From assembly GCA_032718475.1 (NCBI GenBank), contig JAUCBJ010006644.1, positions 1-51,487 of the forward strand: a DNA stretch of 51,487 nucleotides, in the 5' to 3' direction. Under the pieces are notes generated by a model that was not told the DNA's origin, did no database searches, and worked only from the letters and a program-made list of their open reading frames with translations. This stretch comes from Nemertoderma westbladi (lineage: Eukaryota; Animalia; Xenacoelomorpha). The position numbers and the translations under genes were made by a program. Below are positions 12,427 to 24,531 of this stretch, piece after piece; the first letter of the stretch is position 1; each line of letters opens with the position of its first letter.

Positions 12427-13598
12427 TCACGTGTACACTTGTAGATACTTTAGGCACTCCGCCTGCGTCAAGTTTTTTGTTAGTATTTCGTTACTATACA
12501 TTCGCCGAAACTGTAGATATTCTTCCGGCCTACTCCCATCGAATTTGCATGGTTCCACGGGTGGTAGCTCGATCCTCGTTTTCAACGCATCGATCAATGT
12601 GGCCATCCCCATCGCCTGCGCTTCCAATGGATTCGACGGGTGCTGTATAGTTTCACCTGTCTGGTGCGTTCCGTCTGTCCTATTTCTTGACTTTCTCTGG
12701 CTTTGGTATGTCATCGGGGGTAGCGGCCCCCTCCATATATCTGTGTCACACGACCTGTTTTCGTCCAAGGGTCTCGTTGTTCTTGCTACTATCGGGGTAT
12801 ATTGTTGATATTGTGATGGGGGAATGTCACCCTGTCCCCCCCCCCCACCGGTATGTTTGGTACTGGGGTTGATGTTAATATGTTGGGGCCCATACACCTA
12901 TCCGCAATAATTCCCCCCTCCCCTGGGTATATGTTATGTCCCTGCATGCTGTAGTCATACTGCTGTGCTGATACCGGTATAGGCCTATCAGCTTCTGGCC
13001 TACCCGTCGGTATGTATTCCGCGACTTCCGGGTTCAATCCCGTTGTCCACGCTATCCCATCGCCTACATTGCCTCTCTCAGTATGGCCTACGGTATGTGC
13101 AGTAAGGCCTACAGTATGTCCTACAGTCTGCATGTGTTGTTCGGGATTGAAGTTTATTCTTCTCGAATAATCCTCCCCGCGGCTACCGTATTCTCGATCG
13201 GTAGGTATATCCCGTCGGAAAGTTTCTCTTCGACCCCCCTCTCTACTGTCCTCATCTTCGTACCGGTACATCGCGTACCCCTCTCTCGGCGCGTAGTGTG
13301 CCTCGCCGGGTCGCATCTCTCCGGGGCGACGGCAATCTCCCGGAGTCCGACCCCACTGACTCTCCGTTCTCATCTCAACTACCGACGGCTCGCTATCCGT
13401 CCTCGCTCTTCTATCGTTCGCGGCGATACCTCTACTACTGTCTTCTCTTCTTCTCCTTTCAGTGGAGTATTCCCGCTCGTGAGATCTCTCGCCGACCTCC
13501 CGGTTAAACCCCACTCTTCTTCTTCCCTCTTCTGATCGGGCTCGACGCTTCGTCCGCCCTCTTACGACGTCAACCTGTCTCTCCCTGCTCGGTCGCAC
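12427..13598 (-). pseudogene. Frameshifted N-terminal gag region of the deleted copy
   Basis: ORFs 12427-12897 and 12789-13598 match 37050-38200 of the full element; the frame break lies in an 11-C run near 12840. Confidence 0.8.
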
Positions 13599-13702
13599 GC
13601 CGCTGGGGATACTCGCAATCCCCCTATTACTTTCCTGACCAAATTGGTTTACTACGGAAGATCCGCAGTGGGCACACCTGAGCGGGTGTGGGCCACTCGG
13701 AC

Positions 13703-14176
13703 TAGGACTTTGTAATTATTTTGCAAATATTGGGACCATGCATTTTCTAACTTACAGGTTTCGTTGTATTGCTTGGATCAAACTTATCCTTTATTCTATA
13801 ATGCGTGGTATTTTACTCTCCGACATCGGTAGAGGTGAAGAGGTGTGTTGTTGGTCTGCCTCTGCGTCATTGGGGCGGGGGGGGGGGGGGGGGGGTGTGT
13901 TGGGGCAAGTGTCAGATTCATCTATTTGTGTTGATGGTTGGTGAGGATTCTACTTCTGGCTAGGTCTGGCCTAGAGTAGAAGCAGTTCCGCGGCAATAAT
14001 AATATTGCTCCTCAAAAGAGGGCCCTTACTGCATCAGGGACGCGTTTTTCGACAGAGCCCCGTCAGCTGAAACAGCCAGTGCCGCTAGTCGGTGGGGTTG
14101 ACTTGTTGACGAGAGGCTATTATGAGGCGCAATGGGATACGCATTGCGTATCTCCTTCTGTCAACCAATACTGGCC
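13703..14176 (+). repeat. Uninterrupted copy of the ~470-bp dispersed repeat
   Basis: Reverse complement of 5285-5653 plus 6907-6995, including the long G run. Confidence 0.85.
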
Positions 14177-14599
14177 TAAGATATATTTTTAAACATTTAT
14201 TTATTAATAATGCAATAACTGAATAACCAGATAACGGAAAGACAAATCGAATTGAAACTTTTAATTACTAATAATAATTGTGGTGAGAGGTGATTGGAAA
14301 TCAAGCATATATGTTATGTTATGGAGCACGCGTTGGTAGGCACAGGCAAATGAATTGATGTCTGTTGAGATGTTAGAAATGTTAAATGAGAAATGAGAAA
14401 TGTTAGTTAGTTTGTATTCTTTTTAAAGTTTTGACAGACTGACTGACTGACAGAAAGACCGACAGTCCGACAAACTAGATTAATGTAAACCTGAAAACTG
14501 ACATCAGAAATGAAATCAGTCCGTCTCTGGCATCCATTTCACACCCAGAGCGCGCGTCGCAGGTAATTTATCAAAATTGAGGTCTATTGCTTCTTTAGC

Positions 14600-15020
14600 A
14601 CGTCTATCGGATGGAATACATTGAAACAGTTTATTTTTAAGGATGGATATGATATTAATGATATTCGTTTGCCAACATCAATATGCGCAATGTGTCGAAC
14701 GGTTCTGCATAATTATTCAAAAGGAATATTTACTCGTCAAATAAAACTTTTTGACCATTCTCTACTGGCCCAGGGACCACTAACCAGAAGTCAAACTGTA
14801 GATAATGATAATTGTGAGTGCTTGGTTTGTAACTTTGCACGCCGTTCTGCCCTTAACACCATCCCAACTGCAGATATTTTACCAACTACTACTGTTTCAC
14901 ATCCTAAGAAAGGTCGGCCTTCTACGTCAGTTGATGTTTCATCTGGCGGATTTATTCCTCAACCAATCATGATCTGTAGTTACTGCCTCTCTCAACTTGG
15001 TCCAGGGCTGAAACATGTAG
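14600..15020 (+). mobile_element. Cys-rich N-terminal fragment of a Chapaev-like DNA transposase
   Basis: DIRLPTSICAMC...CECLVC...KKGRP...CSYC..LGPGLKH resembles the Chapa zinc-finger arrangement. Confidence 0.4.
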
Positions 15021-15056
15021 GGTTCGTTTTCTTCTTCCGGATCCATTGGTAATGGT

Positions 15057-15263
15057 ATGGCTAATCCACCATGGCAAAAGATGGAAAGCAAAGTTATCCT
15101 TAGGAAAACCATTGCCTTTACCATTGCAAGGGCAACTGCATGTAACACTACAGCAATTGAGAACTTCTTCCAATTATATGAGTCGAAAGTTAAAGAATTG
15201 GGAATAGAAGACAATGGAAGAGAGTTCCCGCCTAACATCATATTTAATGGATCCGGAGTTTAG
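15057..15263 (+). mobile_element. pogo/Fot1-like transposase fragment
   Basis: ARATACN...IENFFQLY...ELGI....IIFN matches the segment just before the IFNxDETG catalytic motif. Confidence 0.45.
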
Positions 15264-15349
15264 TTGGGATTTTGTTGGGTTTATTTTGTTGCTGTTGGAT
15301 TTAGTTGGGAAGTTTATTTTCTTATTTGGCACAAATCAAATATAAATAA

Positions 15350-15540
15350 GCATTCCGAGGACAACCAAAGTGGGGCTGCTTGGAACAAATTTTGTCATTA
15401 CATCTTATCATTGATTTTGCAATATATAAAAAATATAAATTATTTATTTGTTTTATAGATTTCTCTAAAGCATACGATAGGGTACCACGTAGCAAGTTGC
15501 TGGATGAATTAAGACTGTTAGTTAGGATGTGGAAAACGTA
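15350..15540 (+). mobile_element. Non-LTR retrotransposon reverse transcriptase fragment
   Basis: LFICFIDFSKAYDRVPRSKLL is the conserved LINE RT motif (FIDFxKAxDxV). Confidence 0.75.
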
Positions 15541-15728
15541 TGCTATTTCCTTGTGCAGTTTTAAAATCCGCGACTATTGATGATCACAGATTGATCTCTG
15601 ATTCTCATACTCTTATAATTAATTTGCTTTTAAGAATATTATTATGTATGGGATTATTATAATAAATTTACCTGTAATAACAATCAATGGCGTCATCCCT
15701 GGTCCCGTAACACTTTAATAAATCTTTT

Positions 15729-15992
15729 GTGAACGGCCGTAAATTAAATGCCTGGGCCCATGTGGTTGAGGAACTCTATTGGTATGGAGATTGTGGGTGG
15801 CATGTAGTTGGGTGGGCAAAGTCAGCCACTAATGTGGAAGCGATGATGATGGCCGCCAGAATACACATCATCAGGATAGTGCCAACCAATCGGGAGCACG
15901 AATTTAGAACATATGTTGCCCAGGACGCTTCCCTCCATGTTGCCCAGGGTGCTCCCCGCCACATCGCCCAGGGTCAGGGTGCAAACCCCTAG
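15729..15992 (+). CDS. Unknown domain, copy 1 (GWxxxGWxK...HIxxxxP), with Gly/Ala-rich repeat tail
   Basis: LNAWAHVVEEL..YGDCGWHVVGWAKSAT.V......RIHIIRIVP aligns with the copies at 19436 and 22117. Confidence 0.4.
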   Translation: MNGRKLNAWAHVVEELYWYGDCGWHVVGWAKSATNVEAMMMAARIHIIRIVPTNREHEFRTYVAQDASLHVAQGAPRHIAQGQGANP

Positions 15993-16362
15993 GTTGCCCA
16001 GGATGCTCCCATCCACGTTGCACAGGGTGCTCCCCGCCACGCCGTCCAGGGTCATGGTGTACACCACCAGGTCGCCCAGGACGCTTCCCTCCACCTCTAC
16101 AGTGTACATGGTATGGAAAATTTGGCTGAGGCCAGATTGGATAACCATAAGCCGATTACAGACCACCATGTCATGTTAGGGGCCTTAATGGCCATTGGAT
16201 AATGGAAGCAGATGGCGTAGGAATGATATAGGACTAATGTAGGAATGATATAATGTGGGAATATAATTTAGGCAGAGTCTTAGTCTTAGTTTTTCGGTAT
16301 GTAGTCTTAGTATGTATTCGCTGCGAACGACATCTTTCAAACTCGCTTCATATTTAAACTTA

Positions 16363-17763
16363 TTCATAAAGTATGTCACGCAAATTTTTTTCCGATTTTT
16401 GGACCCCCCCCCCCCCCCCCCCCCCCCCCCTCTGTCACAAAGTGTCACACAAGCTCGACCCCCCCCCCCCCCCCCCCTCTGTCACATTAGACAATTTCTA
16501 ATAACCCACCCCCCCCCCCGCCCCGCCCCGACAAAAAATAATTATTGTAATAATACACAATGTTTGTTATGCCAAAATACAATATAAATTCAATTACTAT
16601 ATCTACATTTTCCCATGGGCACGTGAAAGTGTTCTTATTCTATATCAATAACAGGTATTACAGTGTTGGAGTCAATGGCTTTCTATGTCCTACTCAATTT
16701 ATCGATTATACTCAATGTTATTAAGTTTATTGTTTTCCTTAATTAATTTTTCCTTAATTAATTAAATCCATTCCGCATGCCATACATCTCAAGTGACACC
16801 AATCATCACTGCTCAACGAGAAGGACATCGGATCACCAGTGTATTTTATTAAATTACATACAGTATATGGTCTATATTCATCCGTCTGATGACCCCCCCC
16901 CCCCCCCCCCCCCCCCCGCCATCCCTATGGCTTTCCCCTAAATCTAGTTCTAGTTGTTGCTCACCTTCCAGGGAGTCTTGGGTCTGCTTTTCCTGACACC
17001 ACCCAGCGGCTGTTGTGGAATTTGTATCGACAGTCGTCTATTGGCGCCAAATCCATTAGAAGTATGTAGTTCGCGTCGGAATCCATTCCGGTAATTGTGT
17101 AGCGAATTGTCTTTGAACAACAGTCTTTGTAAAATTATTATAATTATAGCACGAATGAAAAAATGCCATAATTTAATTATGCGGAGCGTTTCGATTTATT
17201 ACATCAGTAATATCATAAGTAATATGTCGTAAAGTCCCGCAAAATTAAATAAAGTAATTTTTTTTCATTCTCGCTAGTTATAAGTTTTTTTACTACGATT
17301 ACGTTATCCAACTGGGACTTCAATAACAATAGTCTGAAAATGTTTTTTATAGTGGCCTACCGGGAATGTAATGTATATTAAGTTCGAAACGCAAAAATAA
17401 TCTAACAAAATTCGCGATCCTCCACCGATTATGTATTCCATGTGACGCCGCCATTCCAGCCACTTGTGTTCGAAAACAATTTAGGGTTTATTTTAGTGCC
17501 GATATGATAGGCTAGTTATTATACAGTTAATGGTCTGGGGGGAGGGAATTCATTAATAGAACATTACCTTATCTGATCACTCTAGGTTACCCACTCTTCT
17601 ACACAAGTGTGAAAGTCAAAGCCAAGCTAACATTAATAAAGCATAGAACATCGCCGTAACCGTCACAAAATTCGACACCCCCCTCCCCCTTCTGTCACAA
17701 AATGTCACTGAAGATCTAACCCCTCCTCCCCCCTAGTGCGTGACATACTTTATGAACGCCCCC
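16363..17763. mobile_element. Non-autonomous TIR DNA transposon; left tip appears missing
   Basis: Perfect 19-bp inverted repeat TTCATAAAGTATGTCACGC at 16363-16381 and 17738-17756. The right end continues CGCCCCC-TA, and a poly-C plus TCTGTCACAAA motif occurs near both ends. Confidence 0.7.
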
Positions 17764-19435
17764 TAATGCTTCATAAACGTCAATGGTAACGTCAATGGAC
17801 AGTGGAGCCCCCCACCCCCCCCCCCCCCATTTAATGAGCGATTCGTAACATGTGAACAGCTCCTTTATTACCATTCTCAGAAACTATTATAATTTCTTAT
17901 CTATTACTGTATATAATTGGTGGATTATTATTGAAGTTATTATGAAGTTAAGTGTATTAAAACCAAAAACAACAATAATCAAAACAAAAATTAAATCAAA
18001 TAAAAATAAAAATCAAATAAAAAAAATTAAATCAAATAAAAACAAAAAAAACACTATGAAATCGTTAAAGCAAACATTTTTTAGTAATAAGTAGGCTTTT
18101 GAAGTAATTATAGATATTAATTAAAGTATTTTCTAAAAAAATTAACTAACTTTATATAAAATTAAAAGAGTGTTAAAACAAAATTAAAAGAGTGTTAAAA
18201 CAAGTATACAGTGGATTATTATTATGGCTGACAAATACAGCGCAATAAATATCAGTCATTGCCGGGTAGCGATAACCCAAAATCACTTTGCTGAAGCAAC
18301 TGAGGAACTACCGAGACGAGAGATAACCGCGGTTCGGGGTCGCGGACAGGGCTGTCGACGAGGACGCAGTGGGAGAGCTTACAGACGTGTCGAGAGCGCG
18401 CAATACAGCGCGGCACCTTGTCACGGCGCGGGACAGACAAACAGCGCGGCACCTGGCAACGTCGCGGGAGCGTCGAAAGGCAAGGAAGTGCCGAACGGCG
18501 AGGAAGCACTGAACGGCGAAGAAACGGGAGTGGCCGAAATCGCGTCCACAGATGTGGCCGATAAGGATAAGATGGACTGAAGACAGTGCGACTACAGGCT
18601 ACAGACAGTGCTGTTACAGTACTATTTTTAATTGTAGATTCGCCTAACCTCAGTTTGTACTGGGGTGATGTGTCAGGGCACGTATGGTTTGTTCCATCGT
18701 GTCCCTGTTATTCCACAACATATTCAAAGGAAAGGAGGTGGGTAATATCGACAGATATTGATATTCCACAGGCTGTCAACGAGAAGGGGTTGCCTCTGCA
18801 ACAGGAGCCCTTCAATTCGAACTCATTCACACTGTAGTTCATAGAAGGAGAGTACTTGAACGTTAGTAATTAGTTTATGAATATATTTAAACAGCATTGG
18901 TATTTTAGCATTGATATGTAATGTTTCCTAGATCAACTGTATGTATAGACAAATGGAATATAGGTTCAGTAAAACTTTGCGAGTTGAGTTGACTACCACA
19001 TAATTTTTCGTATTTGTAAAAAGTAGGCCTACTTCATGATAATTCACTTATGATAAAATTTTTTAAGAATGTCCAATTAATGTTTTTATATTAAATGAGG
19101 CTGTTAGTAGGACGCCTAATGCTGAATATTTTAATTACCATAATAGAACTTTTGAAAACGTACATTTATCAAAATTAAATAAGAATATCCGACATAAGAT
19201 TTCACACCTACGCCTGCACCAATAGCTACGCCCACACGCTACTGCATACATGTAAGCGTAAGGTCCCTATTACATGGTATGCAAATTCTAAGCCAAATTA
19301 TTTACACTTATATTAGTCGTCTGATAATTTTTTTAAGGCTAAGATGAGTTGGATGCTTACTTATAGTAGTAATAGTAACAATATTAAATAGTAGAACTTC
19401 GTATAATTATATTATTAAACTTCCTTCCAATATAG

Positions 19436-19644
19436 TGTATTGATCAGAAGATTAGCAATGAGGAGCTTCGTGCTCATGTTCAAGCGGAGGTCGCTCGCTA
19501 CGGGGGGAGGATGGGATATCTGTGGCTGGTTCAAGTCGTCGACTTCGATGGTGGATGAAATGGGTCAGCGGGTCTTTGAGCCGCTGAAGTTGCATATAAC
19601 GAGTGTGTCTCCAACACAACAGTTTGGTTACAGGCAGTGGGCAG
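19436..19644 (+). pseudogene. Unknown domain, copy 2 (frameshifted exon)
   Basis: ELRAHVQAEVARYG then GGWDICGWFKSST......KLHITSVSP after a frame change in the G run at about 19505. It has a TATAG acceptor and a CAG|GTATGC donor. Confidence 0.45.
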
Positions 19645-20364
19645 GTATGCAAATGCAATTTATAATTAACTTATTTAGATTATAGCTTGCAGTAGCCATA
19701 TTTAAGTTTTCCAGTGGACAGAGTGACTGGTATTCCCCAGTTTATGAAAGCAAACCCTTTATACTGTATAAACCTTTTATATTAGAGTAATACTGAAGAA
19801 CTGTCCATTCTAAGTCAACCTGAACCGATGAGGTTGTCTTTGTGTTTTACAACAACCTCCCCTGTATCATAAACTCATCAACTCTCTACAAAAAGGAATA
19901 TCTATCGCGATCCGGAGATTCTATCGCTTACTTCAGAGTCGCAGTTTCTACGAACAGGAACCGCATTGCCTCATGAACCTATTGGGGTGGGTCGGTGACT
20001 GTCTGGGAGTGGGAAGCGACCGGTTGGAGGGTCGTAATAATATATTTTAATCTTAATAATAAGTATTCAACATCAATTATTTTATAAGTCTTGTCAATGT
20101 ATAAGATTGCTCTATAGGAAAAAAAACATTATAGGGGAAATTTTAGCAAATTGTGTTTATTTTAGCCGATAGACAAGATTACATGTTTACCAAGTTTGGT
20201 ATAATTTAGTCAGAGATTGAAAGAGTTACGATTTTAATGAGTTACGTTATTTTCTTCCTCTAAGACAGACGATTTCTGCAAATCCTTGACAAAAACAAAT
20301 ATTGTTTTCTGCATCAGATGTATCAAACATTCAGCAAGATATTGGAAATAAAAGTAAATTGAAA

Positions 20365-20632
20365 TTGTGCAATTATACTTCTAAACCTTTATGAACTGAA
20401 TAAAATTAACTGGAGTAGAGCAATTATATTTGACACCTTTATGAACTGAGTAAAAAAGTAACTTGAATTACTGCAATTATACTTGCTTGAGTAAAGCAAT
20501 TATATTTGGCATCTTTATAAACTGAGTAAAAAAGAAACTTGAATTACTGCAATTATACTTAATACCTTTATGAAATGTGTAAAAGTAACTGAAAGTAAAG
20601 CAATTATACTTGATACCTATATGAACTGAATT
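20365..20632. repeat. Degenerate ~50-bp tandem repeat
   Basis: Repeated GCAATTATACTT...CCTTTATGAACTGAGTAAAAAGTAACT, about 5 copies. Confidence 0.7.
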
Positions 20633-20891
20633 CGTATAATTGCATTGTATTTATTATATGTATATATGTGAAAATGATTGTCCGATTGTGTCCGGTAATT
20701 CCACTGGCCTCTAGTGGCCGGACCTACGCATTGCAATCCATAGTGGAGGTTGGGGGGTGCTTTCTTGCCGAGTCAGCTCTCGGGGCAAATACCAATAAAA
20801 ATACAAATAAAAAAGTTGATAAGGGTGTCCTAAACAAAGTTATATCATTAAGAGGCAATGACTTTATAAAATATAGAAACATAGGCAGGTA

Positions 20892-21894
20892 GTGGTATCA
20901 GAGGCTCCATTACTTGTGCTGGGGTTTTGCAAGCTGATATTAGTGGTACTTCTAGAGCTCCGTCTAGTGTACCAATCAGTACCACTGTTAGTGCCACTGT
21001 TAATGGGCACTACTAGTACCACTAATAGCAGTTATGCTGCAAATTTTAGGTCTAGTCAACTTATTACCAGTACAGCAACTGCAACCAGTCCCACTGGTAT
21101 TGGCAACGGAGACCTTAATGAGGGGCAGATTGTTGTATATCTTCCTTCACTTTCAGCATCACCTTCAATGATAAACTTGCCTTCCCCTACCACCCCTTGT
21201 TCAGTCATCCTTGCAAGGTGCGACTCTGTCCTTAAAGATAAAGGTTGTAGGAGGAACTTGAATTTTTGTTTTTCTTCAGATGATGCTAATAGTGAAGGAG
21301 AGATCATACCACCTCCTAAACGCCCCAGAGTTATTGATGATGATAGTGATTGCGAAGAGGTGGTTGGGAAGGGTGTCACACCTGGCTATAACTGGGGTGC
21401 GCAATCGGTTAAGGGCAAGCTTGCTAAACATGATTTTGACCTAAGGTTTGATCCGACCCATGTAGAGGTTCTCCAGAAATAGAAGGACTCCATGGAGGTG
21501 GATCAACGTAACAGTCGAAAATATGTCAAGCAAAACCTTAACATGGCTGCTACTATTGTGTTCCAGGTTCAAAGGCGGTTGGGCACCACTGATCAGGGTT
21601 TTGTAGAACTGTACAGTCTGTGACAATGGGCAGTTAAAGTTGGTGATGGCAGAGGAGCGTGAGAAATGTGGCACAAAGGGTGAAAGTTTAGATGGCCACC
21701 TGAAGTGCCTACTGCGGTTCTTTCAGTTCAAATCTGGATCAACTGGTGCAGATGAAATATCATCTCACCTACGATCCAAGATCTCCTTGGCCAGAGAGGC
21801 TAAATTCCGCAAAACTACCACAGTCCCTAGAGGGTCATCCCTAGAGAGACAGGAGAAGGAGGTAAACTCAATGACTGAGTTTCATGAGAAATAG
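20892..21894 (+). pseudogene. Interrupted coding-like segment of unknown origin
   Basis: Consecutive ORFs 20892-21482 and 21640-21894 are separated by stops; there is a PPPKRPR NLS-like motif but no family was recognised. Confidence 0.25.
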
Positions 21895-22116
21895 TAAGTA
21901 ATTGGTCAACATCTAACGTGACAAAATCATAAAAAATGGACATGCTATTCATTGGCTTCCTATATGGATTACGGGACATTTCAGATGGCAGTATATAAAT
22001 ATAATATTGCTTGTCCACGGTACCCTCTAAAAGTGGCAGCCCACATAGGGCCCAGGATCTCGAAAGGGTTAATTTTATAATGAACTTATGTTTAATATTT
22101 TAAGACGCAACTACGG

Positions 22117-22470
22117 ATGATCCCAGATCTCAATGCCCGCGACCACGTCAACAACGAGTTGGAATTACACGGAGGGAGAGGGTGGTACATCCTCGGCTGG
22201 GGTAAGCCGGCTACCTTGGTCGATGGTGTACCTGAAGACGCCAGAGTTCATATCACGCGAGTGATTCCGGCGGCCCCACTCTACCAATTCAATGTTTACG
22301 TGGCCGGGGGCATTGTGGGAGCCGGGGGTGGAGGTGTTGCGGGAGCAGGTGGTGGAGGCATTGCAGGAGCCAGGGGTGGAGGCGTTGCGGGAGCCGGGGT
22401 GGAGGCGTTGCGGGAGTCGGGGGTGGAGGCGTTGCGGGAACCGGGGGTGGGCCATAATTCGTTACAATAA
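22117..22470 (+). CDS. Unknown domain, copy 3, with Gly/Ala-rich 24-bp repeat tail; likely terminal exon
   Basis: LNARDHVNNELELHGGRGWYILGWGKPATLV....ARVHITRVIP, with an upstream TTTTAAG acceptor and AATAAA at the stop. Confidence 0.45.
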   Translation: MIPDLNARDHVNNELELHGGRGWYILGWGKPATLVDGVPEDARVHITRVIPAAPLYQFNVYVAGGIVGAGGGGVAGAGGGGIAGARGGGVAGAGVEALRESGVEALREPGVGHNSLQ

Positions 22471-22716
22471 AGAGGCATGATATATGACCTAAAAAGTATA
22501 AATTTCACAGTGTTAGTGCAATTAATAAATTTCATATATAATGTATTTGCGCGTGTGTATAACCCCCTAGTTACATTCTTAATATCATAATCATAGTCTC
22601 AACTTTTGTGAATTACGTGGCCTAAATAGATATATTTATCAGTTCTAGAAATTATTTTATCATATAAGTACATTGGTGCCATATCAACTATGTTACTAGA
22701 CAATAATATGCTAATT

Positions 22717-23860
22717 AGCAATAGCAAGAGGTTTTCAAAATGGCTAAACTACTCAGCACAATACCTGCTGGAATCCTATCTTTAATACCAGATACCACCC
22801 GCCCAGGATGGTTTAATGGAAATGAGGAACAACAATCATTGTCAAAATGGATGTGGTGCGTACACTACATTGTCTGCTCACAGATCCATGACTGTTTTGT
22901 AATAAAAGGGAGTTTGGAGAAAGGCCATATGGTCGACGAGTACGTTGTATTAGAAGGACTAGACAGAGGAACTTCTGTATCAATAAAAATGCTGTACACC
23001 CCTCCAATCTGGCAGGATCGGTTAACAGATTACATGCCAGACCTCATACGGAAAGGAATTGGAAAAGATGGGACAGAATACAACCGAAATAAGGCTGATT
23101 CCTTCCTCGATATTGAACCGCAATTAATTGAAGTAGCTATTTCCTATGTTGGGAATCCATGCCAGTCTTATACGCGGAAAGTTGAAGCGCTGATTATAAA
23201 GGACGTCAGAAATATCACGGCTATAGTAACTATCGACTTTTTCCAACCAGAGTTAATATACGGGGATATTGAATGTCTAAATGCCCAACAGATTTCATAT
23301 ATCCGGGATGCCCTAATCAAGCTAAGACTACAGTTGTCGGACAACGACTGTGAGAAAATTAAGGCGGCTGCAAGGGCTGATGAAGCCCCTCAAGTATTGG
23401 AGATGCCAGACAAAGTAATGTCACTGTTCAATCAGAAAACAGTTGATCCTAATAAAGATTTAGAAAAATGCCACATAAAGCGGATGGACCTACGCAAGGA
23501 GTGCCTGCATATTGCAATAGGAAGGATGTACGAGACAAGGGGTAATTTCGACCTTTTGACACACGCTGATAAAACACCTGATAAAAAACATGAAGGGTGT
23601 AAAATGACCGATAAAAAACATGAAGGGTGTAAAATGACCTGGAAGACAATGTTCCCCCTCGGGATGAAGAAGCTCCCTTAATGGATCAAACTACTAATAT
23701 ATAGGCATGTGAAAATCTAATGTCAAGACTGGTTCCAAATCAAGACACCAATCGTGAATTTGAAGACTTAATAAGGAAATGCTTACCACACTGGGTGAAT
23801 AACATCAAAGGCTGAGAGAAAGCTATGAGGAAAATTGAGGGAGATTGGGGGAGATCATAT
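22717..23860 (+). other. PA: Endogenous viral element: orthomyxovirus-like (Articulavirales) PA polymerase subunit, 5' part
   Basis: The intronless 313-aa ORF 22740-23681 has CVHYIVC, YVVLEGLDR, YMPDLI, LIEVAIS and SYTRK in the order of the influenza PA endonuclease motifs CTHLEVC, FEIIEGRDR, FLPDLY, FIEIGVT and YYLEK. AGCAATAGCAAG starts 23 nt before the ATG, and a degraded continuation runs to about 23860. Confidence 0.8.
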
Positions 23861-23867
23861 AATTCTG

Positions 23868-24200
23868 TCCTAAGTATTCCGTAGAAGATCAGAAGTTGTA
23901 AACTCAAACTATCCTAAGTATTCCATAGAAGATCAGAAGTTGTAACCTCAAATTATCCTAAGTATTCCGAAGAAGATCAGAAGTTGTAACCTCAAACTAT
24001 CCTTTAAGTATTCTGTAGAAGACCAGAAGTTGTAACCTCAAACTATCCTAAGTATTCCGTAGAAGATCAGATGTTGTAACCTCAAACTATCCTAAGTATT
24101 CCGTAGAAGATCAGAAGATGTAACCTCAAACTATCGTAAGTATTCCGTAGAAGATCAGAAGTTGTAACCTCAAACTATCGTAAGTATTATGTAGAAGAGT
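23868..24200. repeat. 44-bp tandem repeat, about 7.5 copies
   Basis: Unit TCCTAAGTATTCCGTAGAAGATCAGAAGTTGTAACCTCAAACTA starts at 23868, 23912, 23956 and onward. Confidence 0.92.
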
Positions 24201-24531
24201 AAGAATTATGTATTATATATATATTATTATATTATAATATAAAACCAAATAGAAACCAGCCTTATTAAAATTGAACCCTACCTAGAAATAAACACTAATA
24301 ACTGCACGAATATCTATCCTATATATTAGAAAATAAAGGACTTATAGTCCACTGAAAGGGAAGTAAGTCTACATACTAAATTTAATAAAAATAGATTATA
24401 TAGTAGAGAACAATCGAATAATACAAAGTAGCAAACATATCCCACTCTCGCTGATATAATCCAGTCTCCCACACACCATGGGTCATACGCCGCGCTAGGC
24501 TGGCTTCTACTGTGTTCATATTTTGTGCGGG

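Larger units (their letters stand above)
8736..13635 (-). mobile_element. 5'-truncated, internally deleted BEL/Pao element (sister of 27074-41330)
   Basis: Has a 3' LTR, PPT, 3' UTR, ORF3 C-terminus and gag-protease homologous to the full element. RT, RNase H and integrase are missing, and homology stops at about 13635. Confidence 0.92.

Noticed and set aside
17852-18580. Lys/Asn-rich ORF and the 118-aa ORF at 18224
   Set aside because: The first is A-rich low-complexity sequence; the second has no recognisable motif or supporting paralog.
23868-24200. 44-bp array as a CRISPR array
   Set aside because: Head-to-tail units with no spacers.
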